The notes: generated by a model not told the origin, from the sequence alone. Numbered from the stretch's first letter, positions 1-13,447 are shown. The stretch: DNA of 32,000 bases from Escherichia coli (GCF_050920435.1 NZ_CP169399.1), one strand, 5' to 3'. Translations and numbers: made by a program.

Positions 1-54
1 GAAAAGCATGAAAGCGATCACGAATCCCACTGGGTCGTCATGTTCTGCCGATAG
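1..54 (+). CDS. Possible 3' end of an upstream CDS entering from the left edge (...EKHESDHESHWVVMFCR*)
   Basis: Frame 1 is open from base 1 to tag at 52-54. Another frame is also open, so support is weak. Confidence 0.2.
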   Translation, partial: EKHESDHESHWVVMFCR

Positions 55-135
55 CATCTTCCTATCCTCGCTCCAGGCCTGCCGCATAACCAATCAGGCT
101 TCCTACTTACAGAATTGAGAAAAGAGGATGTGGAA

Positions 136-3964
<3,829 letters not shown>

Positions 3965-4130
3965 TTTAATATCCCTCCGGCGAATTATGCTCACAACCTG
4001 AACTTAACAGAAAACAATCCGTTCAGGGATACGACGTTTGTATTTTAAGAATCTGACTGCCTGACCCGACGCATTTTACCTCTCCCTATATTCATGCGTC
4101 CGGGACATAAACATAAATAAGGGCTATGAG

Positions 4131-5846
4131 ATGAATTCGTTACAAATCTTGAGTTTTGTCGGTTTTACGCTGCTGGTGGCGGTCATCACCTGGTGGAAGG
4201 TCCGCAAAACAGATACCGGATCGCAACAAGGCTATTTTCTTGCCGGACGTTCACTAAAAGCGCCGGTTATTGCCGCTTCGTTAATGTTAACCAACCTTTC
4301 CACGGAACAACTGGTTGGACTTTCCGGGCAGGCCTACAAAAGCGGCATGTCGGTGATGGGCTGGGAAGTCACTTCTGCGGTGACGCTGATCTTCCTCGCG
4401 CTAATCTTTTTACCGCGCTATCTGAAGCGTGGCATTGCCACCATCCCCGATTTCCTGGAGGAACGTTATGATAAAACGACGCGTATTATCATCGACTTCT
4501 GCTTCCTCATTGCCACCGGTGTCTGCTTTCTGCCGATTGTTCTCTACTCCGGCGCGTTGGCGCTCAACAGCCTGTTTCACGTCGGGGAATCGTTACAAAT
4601 TTCTCACGGTGCGGCTATCTGGCTGCTGGTGATCTTGCTTGGCCTGGCGGGAATTTTGTATGCGGTGATCGGCGGACTGCGCGCGATGGCGGTGGCGGAC
4701 TCCATTAACGGTATTGGGCTGGTTATCGGCGGCTTGATGGTGCCGGTGTTTGGCCTGATCGCGATGGGCAAGGGCAGCTTTATGCAGGGCATTGAGCAAC
4801 TCACCACCGTTCACGCCGAGAAATTAAACTCAGTCGGCGGTCCAACCGATCCCTTGCCAATTGGTGCGGCATTTACCGGTTTGATTCTGGTTAACACCTT
4901 TTACTGGTGTACAAATCAGGGCATCGTGCAACGCACGCTGGCGTCAAAAAGTTTGGCGGAAGGGCAAAAAGGGGCGCTGTTAACGGCGGTGCTGAAAATG
5001 CTCGACCCGCTGGTATTGGTGCTGCCAGGGTTGATAGCGTTTCATCTGTATCAGGATTTACCGAAAGCTGATATGGCTTATCCGACGCTGGTCAATAACG
5101 TTCTGCCAGTGCCACTGGTAGGTTTTTTCGGCGCGGTGTTATTTGGTGCGGTGATCAGTACTTTCAACGGCTTTCTGAATAGCGCCAGTACGTTATTCAG
5201 TATGGGCATTTACCGACGCATCATTAACCAAAATGCCGAGCCGCAGCAACTGGTTACCGTCGGGCGCAAATTTGGTTTCTTTATCGCCATTGTTTCGGTG
5301 CTGGTCGCGCCGTGGATCGCCAACGCGCCGCAGGGGCTGTATAGCTGGATGAAACAGCTCAACGGTATTTACAACGTGCCGCTGGTTACCATCATCATTA
5401 TGGGCTTTTTCTTCCCCCGCATTCCGGCGCTGGCGGCAAAAGTGGCGATGGGGATTGGCATAATCAGCTACATCACCATCAACTATCTGGTGAAGTTCGA
5501 CTTCCATTTCCTCTATGTGCTGGCCTGTACGTTCTGTATCAACGTGGTAGTGATGCTGGTGATCGGTTTTATCAAACCGCGCGCCACGCCGTTCACTTTC
5601 AAAGATGCGTTTGCGGTGGACATGAAGCCGTGGAAAAACGTCAAGATCGCGTCAATTGGCATCTTGTTCGCGATGATTGGCGTCTATGCCGGGCTGGCTG
5701 AATTCGGCGGCTACGGTACGCGCTGGTTGGCGATACTCAGTTATTTCATCGCTGCCGTAGTGATTGTCTACCTGATTTTTGACAGCTGGCGGCATCGTCA
5801 CGACCCAGCCGTAACCTTTACTCCCGACGCGAAGGATAGCCTATGA
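4131..5846 (+). CDS. yidK: Sodium:solute symporter (SSS) family transporter YidK
   Basis: 571-aa multi-TM ORF with an SSS-family pattern (GGLRAMAVADSINGIGLVIGG). Its length matches YidK. Confidence 0.9.
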   Translation: MNSLQILSFVGFTLLVAVITWWKVRKTDTGSQQGYFLAGRSLKAPVIAASLMLTNLSTEQLVGLSGQAYKSGMSVMGWEVTSAVTLIFLALIFLPRYLKRGIATIPDFLEERYDKTTRIIIDFCFLIATGVCFLPIVLYSGALALNSLFHVGESLQISHGAAIWLLVILLGLAGILYAVIGGLRAMAVADSINGIGLVIGGLMVPVFGLIAMGKGSFMQGIEQLTTVHAEKLNSVGGPTDPLPIGAAFTGLILVNTFYWCTNQGIVQRTLASKSLAEGQKGALLTAVLKMLDPLVLVLPGLIAFHLYQDLPKADMAYPTLVNNVLPVPLVGFFGAVLFGAVISTFNGFLNSASTLFSMGIYRRIINQNAEPQQLVTVGRKFGFFIAIVSVLVAPWIANAPQGLYSWMKQLNGIYNVPLVTIIIMGFFFPRIPALAAKVAMGIGIISYITINYLVKFDFHFLYVLACTFCINVVVMLVIGFIKPRATPFTFKDAFAVDMKPWKNVKIASIGILFAMIGVYAGLAEFGGYGTRWLAILSYFIAAVVIVYLIFDSWRHRHDPAVTFTPDAKDSL

Positions 5847-7336
5847 AACGCCCCAATTTTCTGTTCATCATGACCGATACCCAGGCCACCAATATGGTCG
5901 GTTGCTATAGCGGTAAGCCGCTGAATACGCAAAATATTGATAGTCTGGCGGCGGAAAGTATTCGCTTTAATTCTGCCTATACCTGTTCACCGGTTTGTAC
6001 ACCAGCGCGCGCCGGGCTGTTTACCGGTATCTACGCTAACCAGTCCGGCCCGTGGACCAATAACGTCGCGCCGGGCAAAAACATCTCCACTATGGGACGC
6101 TACTTTAAGGATGCGGGCTATCACACCTGTTACATTGGCAAATGGCATCTCGACGGTCATGACTATTTCGGCACTGGCGAGTGTCCGCCGGAGTGGGACG
6201 CTGATTACTGGTTCGATGGGGCGAACTACCTTAGCGAACTGACGGAAAAAGAGATCAGCCTGTGGCGCAATGGCCTAAACAGTGTTGAGGATTTACAGGC
6301 GAACCAGATCGACGAAACCTTCACCTGGGCGCACCGCATCAGCAATCGGGCGGTAGATTTTCTGCAACAGCCCGCGCGCGCCGAGGAACCCTTCCTGATG
6401 GTGGTTTCGTATGATGAGCCGCATCACCCGTTCACCTGTCCGGTGGAGTATTTAGAGAAATACGCTGATTTTTACTACGAACTTGGCGAGAAATCACAGG
6501 ATGACCTGGCGAACAAACCGGAACATCACCGCTTATGGGCGCAGGCGATGCCATCGCCAGTCGGTGATGACGGGCTTTATCACCATCCGCTCTATTTTGC
6601 CTGCAATGACTTTGTTGATGACCAAATCGGACGGGTCATCAACGCATTAACGCCAGAGCAGCGTGAAAGTACGTGGGTCATTTATACCTCCGATCACGGC
6701 GAAATGATGGGCGCACATAAGCTGATCAGTAAAGGAGCCGCGATGTATGACGACATCACCCGTATTCCGCTGATCATCCGTTCACCGCAAGGGGAGCGGC
6801 GACAGGTCGATACACCTGTCAGCCATATTGACTTACTGCCGACAATGATGGCGCTGGCAGATATTGAAAAACCAGACATCCTGCCAGGGGAAAATATCCT
6901 TGCCGTGAAAGAGCCACGCGGCGTAATGGTGGAATTTAACCGCTACGAGATTGAGCATGACAGCTTTGGCGGTTTTATTCCGGTGCGTTGCTGGGTGACG
7001 GATGACTTTAAACTGGTGCTAAACCTCTTCACCAGTGATGAACTTTACGATCGCCGTAACGACCCAAATGAAATGCATAACCTGATCGATGATATCCGTT
7101 TTGCCGACGTTCGCCGCAAAATGCATGACGCCTTGCTGGATTACATGGACAAAATTCGCGATCCGTTCCGCAGTTACCAATGGAGTCTGCGTCCGTGGCG
7201 TAAAGATGCGCAACCGCGCTGGATGGGGGCGTTCCGTCCACGCCCACAGGATGGCTATTCGCCGGTAGTACGCGACTATGACACCGGCCTGCCAACACAA
7301 GGGGTGAAGGTGGAAGAGAAAAAACAGAAGTTTTGA
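5843..7336 (+). CDS. yidJ: Cys-type sulfatase YidJ
   Basis: 497 aa. N-terminal FLFIMTDTQ metal-binding motif, CSPVCTPARAGLFTG with the sulfatase C-x-P-x-R motif, and YTSDHGEMMGAH. Overlaps yidK by 4 nt. Confidence 0.93.
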   Translation: MKRPNFLFIMTDTQATNMVGCYSGKPLNTQNIDSLAAESIRFNSAYTCSPVCTPARAGLFTGIYANQSGPWTNNVAPGKNISTMGRYFKDAGYHTCYIGKWHLDGHDYFGTGECPPEWDADYWFDGANYLSELTEKEISLWRNGLNSVEDLQANQIDETFTWAHRISNRAVDFLQQPARAEEPFLMVVSYDEPHHPFTCPVEYLEKYADFYYELGEKSQDDLANKPEHHRLWAQAMPSPVGDDGLYHHPLYFACNDFVDDQIGRVINALTPEQRESTWVIYTSDHGEMMGAHKLISKGAAMYDDITRIPLIIRSPQGERRQVDTPVSHIDLLPTMMALADIEKPDILPGENILAVKEPRGVMVEFNRYEIEHDSFGGFIPVRCWVTDDFKLVLNLFTSDELYDRRNDPNEMHNLIDDIRFADVRRKMHDALLDYMDKIRDPFRSYQWSLRPWRKDAQPRWMGAFRPRPQDGYSPVVRDYDTGLPTQGVKVEEKKQKF

Positions 7337-7384
7337 CGACAATGCCCGTTGGCGATAACCCAGCGGGCAAAATATTCAGGCTGC

Positions 7385-7834
7385 TTAAATCAGCGAACCG
7401 CCGGTCAGGAAGGAAAAGATAAGGAATATCAGCAAAATGCTGCACACGATGCCGATACCAAAAAGCAAGGTATGGAAAGCCAGCGTCCCGCCGCCAAAAA
7501 CCAGCGCGCCGCGAATGCCCCAGCGATTTTCCTTACGCATACCGCCAACAAATGCGCAAAGTAGCGCAGCAATGGCCAGTGCGATACCGCTTTGATCGAG
7601 GATTTTATCGACATCTACATCCTCTTTTTTCTCCACGGTGGTAATTTTTTCGCCTTTTATTCCGGCGAGAAGACCTCTTTTAATTTCAGCCGTTTTGTCC
7701 GCCACGATGCTTTCAAGCGTTGGCGGTGGTGCGGAAAAAGGGCCGAATGAAAAGTGGATAATCCCCATCATTAAAGCGATGGCACCGAACAGCATGCCCA
7801 ATGAACTGATTTTATTTTGCGCTATGATACCCAT
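7385..7834 (-). CDS. yidI: Inner-membrane protein YidI
   Basis: The ORF track starts at 7942, but the MGIIAQNKISSLGM start (ATG at 7834) gives the expected 149-aa membrane protein. Confidence 0.85.
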   Translation of the reverse strand: MGIIAQNKISSLGMLFGAIALMMGIIHFSFGPFSAPPPTLESIVADKTAEIKRGLLAGIKGEKITTVEKKEDVDVDKILDQSGIALAIAALLCAFVGGMRKENRWGIRGALVFGGGTLAFHTLLFGIGIVCSILLIFLIFSFLTGGSLI

Positions 7835-7941
7835 CTGACCTCCTTGTAGCGGATGGCAAAAGCATATCAGGAAACGGGCGGACGAAATTCTTAAAAAAAC
7901 CGCTAAAGGTAGAGCGTTAGTGAAATTGCAAAGGAGCAACA

Positions 7942-8289
7942 ATGAAAATTTCCCGCCTCGGAGAAGCGCCCGATTACCGCTTCTCGCTGGCTAATGAGCG
8001 TACTTTTTTGGCGTGGATCCGTACTGCACTAGGATTTCTGGCGGCGGGGGTTGGGCTTGATCAACTTGCGCCAGATTTCGCCACGCCCGTCATTCGCGAA
8101 CTGCTGGCGTTGTTGTTGTGTCTGTTTTCCGGCGGGTTAGCGATGTATGGCTACTTGCGCTGGTTACGCAATGAAAAAGCGATGCGTCTGAAAGAGGACC
8201 TGCCCTATACCAACAGCTTATTAATCATCAGCTTAATATTGATGGTCGTGGCGGTGATCGTTATGGGACTGGTGTTGTATGCCGGATAG
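7942..8289 (+). CDS. yidH: DUF202-family inner-membrane protein YidH
   Basis: 115 aa with ANERTFLAWIRTALGFLAAGVG, the typical DUF202 pattern. Confidence 0.92.
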   Translation: MKISRLGEAPDYRFSLANERTFLAWIRTALGFLAAGVGLDQLAPDFATPVIRELLALLLCLFSGGLAMYGYLRWLRNEKAMRLKEDLPYTNSLLIISLILMVVAVIVMGLVLYAG

Positions 8290-8641
8290 CCGCAAAGCCA
8301 GACGCATTGCCGACCCAGGGCTGCAGCCGGAGCGTACATCACTGGCGTGGTTTCGTACCATGCTGGGCTACGGTGCGTTGATGGCGTTGGCTATCAAACA
8401 CAACTGGCACCAGGCGGGCATGTTATTCTGGATTTCGATTGGCATCCTCGCCATCGTGGCGCTGATCCTCTGGCACTACACCCGTAATCGCAATTTAATG
8501 GATGTCACGAATAGCGATTTTTCCCAATTTCACGTAGTCCGTGACAAATTTTTGATCTCCCTCGCGGTGTTATCTCTCGCAATACTGTTTGCTGTAACGC
8601 ATATACATCAACTTATCGTATTTATTGAGAGAGTCGCATGA
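8279..8641 (+). CDS. yidG: DUF202-like inner-membrane protein YidG
   Basis: 120 aa with QPERTSLAWFRTMLGYGALMALAIK. Overlaps yidH by 11 nt. Confidence 0.92.
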   Translation: MPDSRKARRIADPGLQPERTSLAWFRTMLGYGALMALAIKHNWHQAGMLFWISIGILAIVALILWHYTRNRNLMDVTNSDFSQFHVVRDKFLISLAVLSLAILFAVTHIHQLIVFIERVA

Positions 8642-9135
8642 CAGGAAGTCAGGTCATTGATGCTGAAGAGGACAGGCATAAACTGGTTGTAGAGTATAAG
8701 GATGCTCTGCAACCTGCCGATTTTTATTACAATTTCAAACAGCGGGGCATCCGCTCCGTACAGCTTATTCCCCATCTTGAATTTGATGACCGGGGCGATC
8801 TGACGGCCGCTTCGGTGACGGCAGAGCTGTGGGGGAAATTTTTAATTGCCCTGTTCGAGTGTTGGGTACGGGCAGATATCAGTCGTATCTCGATTGAGCT
8901 TTTTGACGCCACCCTACAAAAATGGTGTGGCAGCGAAAACCCGCAACCGGGCCGTGGCTGCCAGGCGTGCGACTGGCATCGGCTGTGCCCGCACGCTCGG
9001 GAGGAGACGCCAGACAACGTGCTTTGTGCGGGCTATCAGGCGTTTTATTCTTACTCCGCGCCGCATATGCGGGTGATGCGTGATCTGATAAAGCAGCATC
9101 GTTCTCCCATGGAGCTGATGACGATGCTGCGGTGA
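8638..9135 (+). CDS. yidF: YidF; resembles the C-terminal (SPASM-containing) half of an anaerobic sulfatase-maturating enzyme
   Basis: 165-aa ORF, 4-nt overlap with yidG. Contains GDLTAASVTAELWGKFLIALFECWVRADISRISIELFDATLQKWCG and GCQACDWHRLCP...LCAGYQAFYSYSAPHM. There is no CxxxCxxC radical-SAM motif. Confidence 0.85.
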   Translation: MTGSQVIDAEEDRHKLVVEYKDALQPADFYYNFKQRGIRSVQLIPHLEFDDRGDLTAASVTAELWGKFLIALFECWVRADISRISIELFDATLQKWCGSENPQPGRGCQACDWHRLCPHAREETPDNVLCAGYQAFYSYSAPHMRVMRDLIKQHRSPMELMTMLR

Positions 9136-9142
9136 CGTGAGC

Positions 9143-10327
9143 TTAAACGGGCTGCCCCTGATGCGACATCCGCGTCGCCAGCGGTAGCCAGCACAGCACG
9201 ATCAACAATCCCATTAAGGTCATCAACAACCCCAGGCTGCCCTGACCGGTTTGCGGCAACATCGCAGAGAGCGACGCAAGCACGCCGGAACCAATGTTTT
9301 GCAGACCGCCGACCAGCGCGCCCGCGGTGCCCGCCAGGAAGGGGAACGGTTCCATTGCGCCGCTGGTCGCCAGCGGAAACAGCATCCCGGCACCGAAAAA
9401 GAACAGCGCGGCAGGAACAAGCAATGTCCAGACATTCATCACGCCAAACCAGTCGGGGATCCACATCAGCAAGCCAGCCAGCAGGCAGCAGATAACCGAC
9501 TGCCACATCAACGTCGGGAATCGTTTATTAGGACGCCCGGCAAACCATGCTCCAAAAAATGCCGCCGGAATCGGCAGAATAAACAAAATACTGACCGTCA
9601 TACTGCTCAGCCCTAATACCGCACCCATCAGCACGCCGGAGCAGGCTTCAAAGGCGGCAATCCCGGCCAGACCGCCGATCAGCATCAGCAAATAACAGTT
9701 AAAACCGCTGTTACCGAAAAGTGTTTTATAACTGGTAAGCAGGCGCGTGCGCGGTGCATCTACCGGACGCGTTTCCGGCATCCAGCGCGCCATACTGAAG
9801 GTCACACCGGCACAAAGTACCAACAGGAAGAGATAACAGGCGCGCCAGTTCCACATCGTATCCAGCAGACCGCCGATTAACGGTGCGAGCAACGGACTGA
9901 CGAGAATCCCCATATTTAACAGGCTGTTAGCATGACGCAACTGTGTCCGTTCATATAAATCACGCGGCAATGTACGCGCCATCACGCCGCCTACGCCGGT
10001 GCCCATCCCCTGCATCGCGCTGGCGGCAATCAACACCGTCAAACTGGAGGTCGTGACCGCGACCAGCGTTGCCAGCATAAAAATGGACATTCCGACGAGG
10101 ATCACCGGTCGGCGACCCACACGGTCGGATATCGGGCCATAAAACAGCTGCGAGACACCGTAAGTCAGCAGATAAGCGCCCATTACGCTTTGCACCGCCC
10201 CTTCACGAACGTTGAGATCGCGCGCCATATCGGCAATAGCTGGAATATAAATAGTTTGCGCCATCTGACCGACGGCCACGAGTAATACCAACATCAATAA
10301 CAAATTGACGTTTCTATGCCTTTTCAT
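9143..10327 (-). CDS. emrD: MFS multidrug efflux transporter EmrD
   Basis: 12-TM MFS protein (MKRHRNVNLLLMLVLLVAVGQMAQTIYIPAIADMARDL...). Start adjusted from 10333 to 10327. Confidence 0.95.
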   Translation of the reverse strand: MKRHRNVNLLLMLVLLVAVGQMAQTIYIPAIADMARDLNVREGAVQSVMGAYLLTYGVSQLFYGPISDRVGRRPVILVGMSIFMLATLVAVTTSSLTVLIAASAMQGMGTGVGGVMARTLPRDLYERTQLRHANSLLNMGILVSPLLAPLIGGLLDTMWNWRACYLFLLVLCAGVTFSMARWMPETRPVDAPRTRLLTSYKTLFGNSGFNCYLLMLIGGLAGIAAFEACSGVLMGAVLGLSSMTVSILFILPIPAAFFGAWFAGRPNKRFPTLMWQSVICCLLAGLLMWIPDWFGVMNVWTLLVPAALFFFGAGMLFPLATSGAMEPFPFLAGTAGALVGGLQNIGSGVLASLSAMLPQTGQGSLGLLMTLMGLLIVLCWLPLATRMSHQGQPV

Positions 10328-10501
10328 TATCACGGATGCTTTTATAAAAATAATTAGAATAAGTCACTACGCATTCCCATAAATGCGGGAGAGGAATCTA
10401 TCACATTGATGAATGTTAGCCAGATATACGCCAGGAATGGGGAATTGTTTAGCGGCAGAATATGTAAACAAAAGCGGCAATAAATGTTGCCGGGAGGGAT
10501 G

Positions 10502-10537
10502 GTAGGTCGGATAAGATGCGTCAGCATCGCATCCGAC
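10502..10537. repeat. REP (repetitive extragenic palindromic) element
   Basis: taggtcggataagatgcgtcagcatcgcatccgaca: imperfect palindrome with REP-type arms. Confidence 0.8.
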
Positions 10538-10559
10538 ACCAACCCACACGCTAAATATA

Positions 10560-10587
10560 AAAGGGGAGCGGTTACCCGCTCCCCTTT
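10560..10587 (-). terminator. Rho-independent terminator downstream of tisB
   Basis: aaaggggagcgg-ttac-ccgctcccctttt-like hairpin with a 12-bp perfect stem (10560-10571 / 10576-10587). A T-rich tract follows on the minus strand. Confidence 0.75.
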
Positions 10588-10606
10588 GGTGCGACTTGAA
10601 TCTGAA

Positions 10607-10696
10607 TTACTTCAGGTATTTCAGAACAGCATCAAGCAGTTGCAGTGCTGCAACAATGAGTTTGAGGATAAGAATGGCGATATCCACCAGGCTCAT
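10607..10696 (-). CDS. tisB: TisB, small membrane toxin induced by the SOS response
   Basis: Reverse complement translates as MSLVDIAILILKLIVAALQLLDAVLKYLK* (29 aa). It is below the ORF-track size cutoff. Matches TisB except residue 2 (S instead of the remembered N). Confidence 0.95.
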   Translation of the reverse strand: MSLVDIAILILKLIVAALQLLDAVLKYLK

Positions 10697-10918
10697 ACGC
10701 GTCTCCTGTGGTTCAGGAGCACTGCCAGCTGACGTACCTTTCCGCTGCCTGTTGCCAGCTGTTGTGCACGCGGTATCTCAAGGAGAAACGTTGTGCTTGT
10801 TGACATAACACAGTGTGCTCACGCGGGGTTAAGGCGCTGACGGCACCACCCGTTTCAGCCAGGACTTAGTGCGCCGGGTAACGATGCGGCCCCCGCATAA
10901 CACATTGCGTACAGTGAT

Positions 10919-10924
10919 ATTATA
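10919..10924 (-). promoter_or_regulatory. Predicted -10 element of the tisAB promoter
   Basis: TATAAT on the minus strand, adjacent to the LexA box. Confidence 0.6.
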
Positions 10925-10930
10925 GAAGTT

Positions 10931-10950
10931 TACTGTATAAATAAACAGTA
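10931..10950. promoter_or_regulatory. LexA operator (SOS box)
   Basis: tactgtataaataaacagta fits taCTG-N10-CAGta, positioned over the tisAB promoter. Confidence 0.9.
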
Positions 10951-11021
10951 ATATTTAGACAAAACGTAAACTGTGATCGATACTCAACTATGTACTAAAT
11001 ACGTCAAAATTCGTGCCGAAA

Positions 11022-11050
11022 TTGCGCGTTCTGCGCGGAACACGTATACT
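11022..11050 (+). promoter_or_regulatory. Predicted istR-1 promoter
   Basis: -35 ttgcgc (11022-11027), 17-bp spacer, -10 tatact (11045-11050), then 6 nt to the proposed start at 11057. Confidence 0.65.
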
Positions 11051-11056
11051 TTCTGT

Positions 11057-11131
11057 GTTGACATAATACAGTGTGCTTTGCGGTTACCAGCCGTGGGCGG
11101 CTGACGAAACCTCGCTCCGGCGGGGTTTTTT
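11057..11131 (+). ncRNA. istR: IstR-1 antisense sRNA (tisAB inhibitor)
   Basis: gttgacataatacagtgtgctttgcgg... ending in the hairpin cctcgc-tccg-gcgggg plus a six-T run. The span is 75 nt, divergent from tisB. Confidence 0.88.
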
Positions 11132-11260
11132 ATTGCCTGCTTTTCAGTACAAAACGTGATCAACCCCTCAATTTTCCCTTGATGAAAAATTTTCCATTGT
11201 CTCCCCTGTAAACCTGTGCTTGTATAAATATTGTTAAACACAAAACCAACAAGGTCCCCA

Positions 11261-11359
11261 ATGACTACTTCCGTGCTCAACGCAAAACTACTACCAACTG
11301 CGCCATCCGCCGCAGTGGTCGTCGTGCGTGTGGTGGTGGTCGTCGGCAATGCGCCGTAG
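11261..11359 (+). CDS. ivbL: ilvBN operon leader peptide IvbL
   Basis: ATG at 11261 translates to MTTSVLNAKLLPTAPSAAVVVVRVVVVVGNAP* (32 aa, run of Val codons). Confidence 0.96.
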   Translation: MTTSVLNAKLLPTAPSAAVVVVRVVVVVGNAP

Positions 11360-11383
11360 GGACTGGAACAACACACGATTCCA

Positions 11384-11416
11384 AAACCCCGCCGGCGCAA
11401 ACCGGGCGGGGTTTTT
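11384..11416 (+). terminator. ilvBN attenuator terminator
   Basis: aaaccccgccgg...ccgggcggggttttt hairpin plus T-run between ivbL and ilvB. Confidence 0.88.
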
Positions 11417-11464
11417 CGTTTAAGCACCTCCCGGAAAGTCGGCCCAGAAGAAAAGGACTGGAGC

Positions 11465-13153
11465 ATGGCAAGTTCGGGCACATCATCGACACGTAAGCGC
11501 TTTACCGGCGCAGAATTTATCGTTCATTTCCTGGAACAGCAGGGCATTAAGATTGTGACGGGCATTCCGGGCGGTTCTATCCTGCCTGTTTACGACGCCT
11601 TAAGCCAAAGCACGCAAATCCGCCATATTCTGGCTCGCCATGAACAGGGCGCGGGGTTTATCGCTCAGGGAATGGCGCGTACCGACGGCAAACCGGCAGT
11701 CTGTATGGCCTGTAGCGGACCGGGTGCGACTAACCTGGTGACCGCCATTGCCGATGCGCGACTGGACTCCATCCCGCTGATTTGCATCACCGGCCAGGTC
11801 CCTGCCTCAATGATCGGCACTGACGCCTTCCAGGAAGTGGACACCTACGGCATCTCTATCCCCATCACCAAACACAACTATCTGGTCAGACATATCGAAG
11901 AACTCCCGCAGGTCATGAGCGATGCCTTCCGTATTGCGCAATCAGGCCGCCCTGGCCCGGTGTGGATAGACATTCCTAAGGATGTGCAAACGGCAGTTTT
12001 TGAGATTGAAGAACAGCCCGGTATGACAGAAAAAGCTGCCGCGCCTGCGTTTAGTGAAGAGAGTATTCGTGACGCAGCTGCAATGATTAACGCCGCCAAA
12101 CGCCCGGTGCTCTATCTGGGCGGCGGTGTCATTAACGCGCCCGCGCGGGTGCGTGAACTGGCGGAGAAAGCGCAGCTGCCTACCACCATGACCTTAATGG
12201 CACTGGGTATGTTACCAAAAGCGCATCCCTTGTCGCTGGGTATGCTGGGGATGCACGGCGTGCGCAGCACCAACTACATTTTGCAGGAGGCGGATCTGCT
12301 GATTGTTCTCGGCGCGCGTTTTGATGACCGGGCGATTGGTAAAACCGAGCAGTTCTGCCCGAATGCCAAAATTATTCATGTCGATATCGACCGCGCAGAG
12401 CTGGGCAAAATCAAGCAGCCGCACGTAGCGATTCAGGCGGATGTTGATGACGTGCTGGCGCAGTTGATCCCGCTGGTGGAAGCGCAACCGCGTGCAGAGT
12501 GGCACCAATTGGTAGCGGATTTGCAGCGCGAATTCCCGTGTCCAATCCCGAAAGCGTGCGATCCGTTAAGCCATTACGGCCTGATCAACGCCGTTGCCGC
12601 CTGTGTCGATGACAACGCGATTATCACCACCGACGTGGGTCAGCATCAGATGTGGACTGCACAAGCTTATCCGCTCAATCGTCCACGTCAGTGGCTGACC
12701 TCCGGCGGGCTGGGGACGATGGGCTTTGGCCTGCCTGCGGCCATTGGCGCGGCACTGGCGAATCCGGATCGCAAAGTATTGTGTTTCTCTGGCGACGGCA
12801 GCCTGATGATGAATATTCAGGAGATGGCGACCGCCAGCGAAAACCAATTGGATGTGAAAATCATTCTGATGAATAACGAAGCGCTGGGGCTGGTGCATCA
12901 GCAACAGAGTCTGTTCTACAAGCAGGGCGTTTTTGCCGCCACCTATCCGGGCAAAATCAACTTTATGCAGATTGCCGCCGGATTTGGCCTCGAAACCTGT
13001 GATTTAAATAACGAAGCCGACCCGCAGGCCGCGTTGCAGGAAATTATTAATCGTCCTGGTCCGGCGCTGATCCATGTGCGTATTGATGCCGAAGAAAAAG
13101 TGTACCCGATGGTGCCGCCAGGTGCGGCGAATACTGAAATGGTGGGGGAATAA
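11465..13153 (+). CDS. ilvB: Acetolactate synthase I large subunit
   Basis: 562 aa ThDP-dependent enzyme (GIPGGSILPVYDAL, GDGSLMMNIQE...NNEALGLVHQQQ). Confidence 0.97.
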   Translation: MASSGTSSTRKRFTGAEFIVHFLEQQGIKIVTGIPGGSILPVYDALSQSTQIRHILARHEQGAGFIAQGMARTDGKPAVCMACSGPGATNLVTAIADARLDSIPLICITGQVPASMIGTDAFQEVDTYGISIPITKHNYLVRHIEELPQVMSDAFRIAQSGRPGPVWIDIPKDVQTAVFEIEEQPGMTEKAAAPAFSEESIRDAAAMINAAKRPVLYLGGGVINAPARVRELAEKAQLPTTMTLMALGMLPKAHPLSLGMLGMHGVRSTNYILQEADLLIVLGARFDDRAIGKTEQFCPNAKIIHVDIDRAELGKIKQPHVAIQADVDDVLAQLIPLVEAQPRAEWHQLVADLQREFPCPIPKACDPLSHYGLINAVAACVDDNAIITTDVGQHQMWTAQAYPLNRPRQWLTSGGLGTMGFGLPAAIGAALANPDRKVLCFSGDGSLMMNIQEMATASENQLDVKIILMNNEALGLVHQQQSLFYKQGVFAATYPGKINFMQIAAGFGLETCDLNNEADPQAALQEIINRPGPALIHVRIDAEEKVYPMVPPGAANTEMVGE

Positions 13154-13156
13154 GCC

Positions 13157-13447
13157 ATGCAAAACACAACCCATGACAACGTGATTCTGGAACTCACCGT
13201 TCGTAACCATCCGGGCGTAATGACCCACGTTTGTGGTCTTTTTGCCCGTCGCGCTTTTAACGTTGAAGGTATTCTCTGCCTGCCAATTCAGGACAGCGAC
13301 AAAAGCCACATTTGGCTACTGGTCAATGACGACCAGCGTCTGGAGCAGATGATCAGTCAAATCGATAAGCTGGAAGATGTGGTGAAAGTGCAGCGTAATC
13401 AGTCCGATCCGACGATGTTTAACAAGATTGCGGTGTTTTTTCAGTAA
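13157..13447 (+). CDS. ilvN: Acetolactate synthase I regulatory small subunit
   Basis: 96 aa with an ACT-type domain ([27 protein letters not shown]), directly after ilvB. Confidence 0.96.

Noticed and set aside
7343-7375. Hairpin gcccgttgg...ccagcgggc between convergent yidJ and yidI as a terminator
   Set aside because: The stem is real (9 bp with one G-U), but neither strand has a convincing U-tract, so I did not call it.
7019-7564. ORFs of 107, 138 and 71 aa around the yidJ 3' end and yidI
   Set aside because: They overlap yidJ/yidI on other frames with low-complexity or unrecognisable products.
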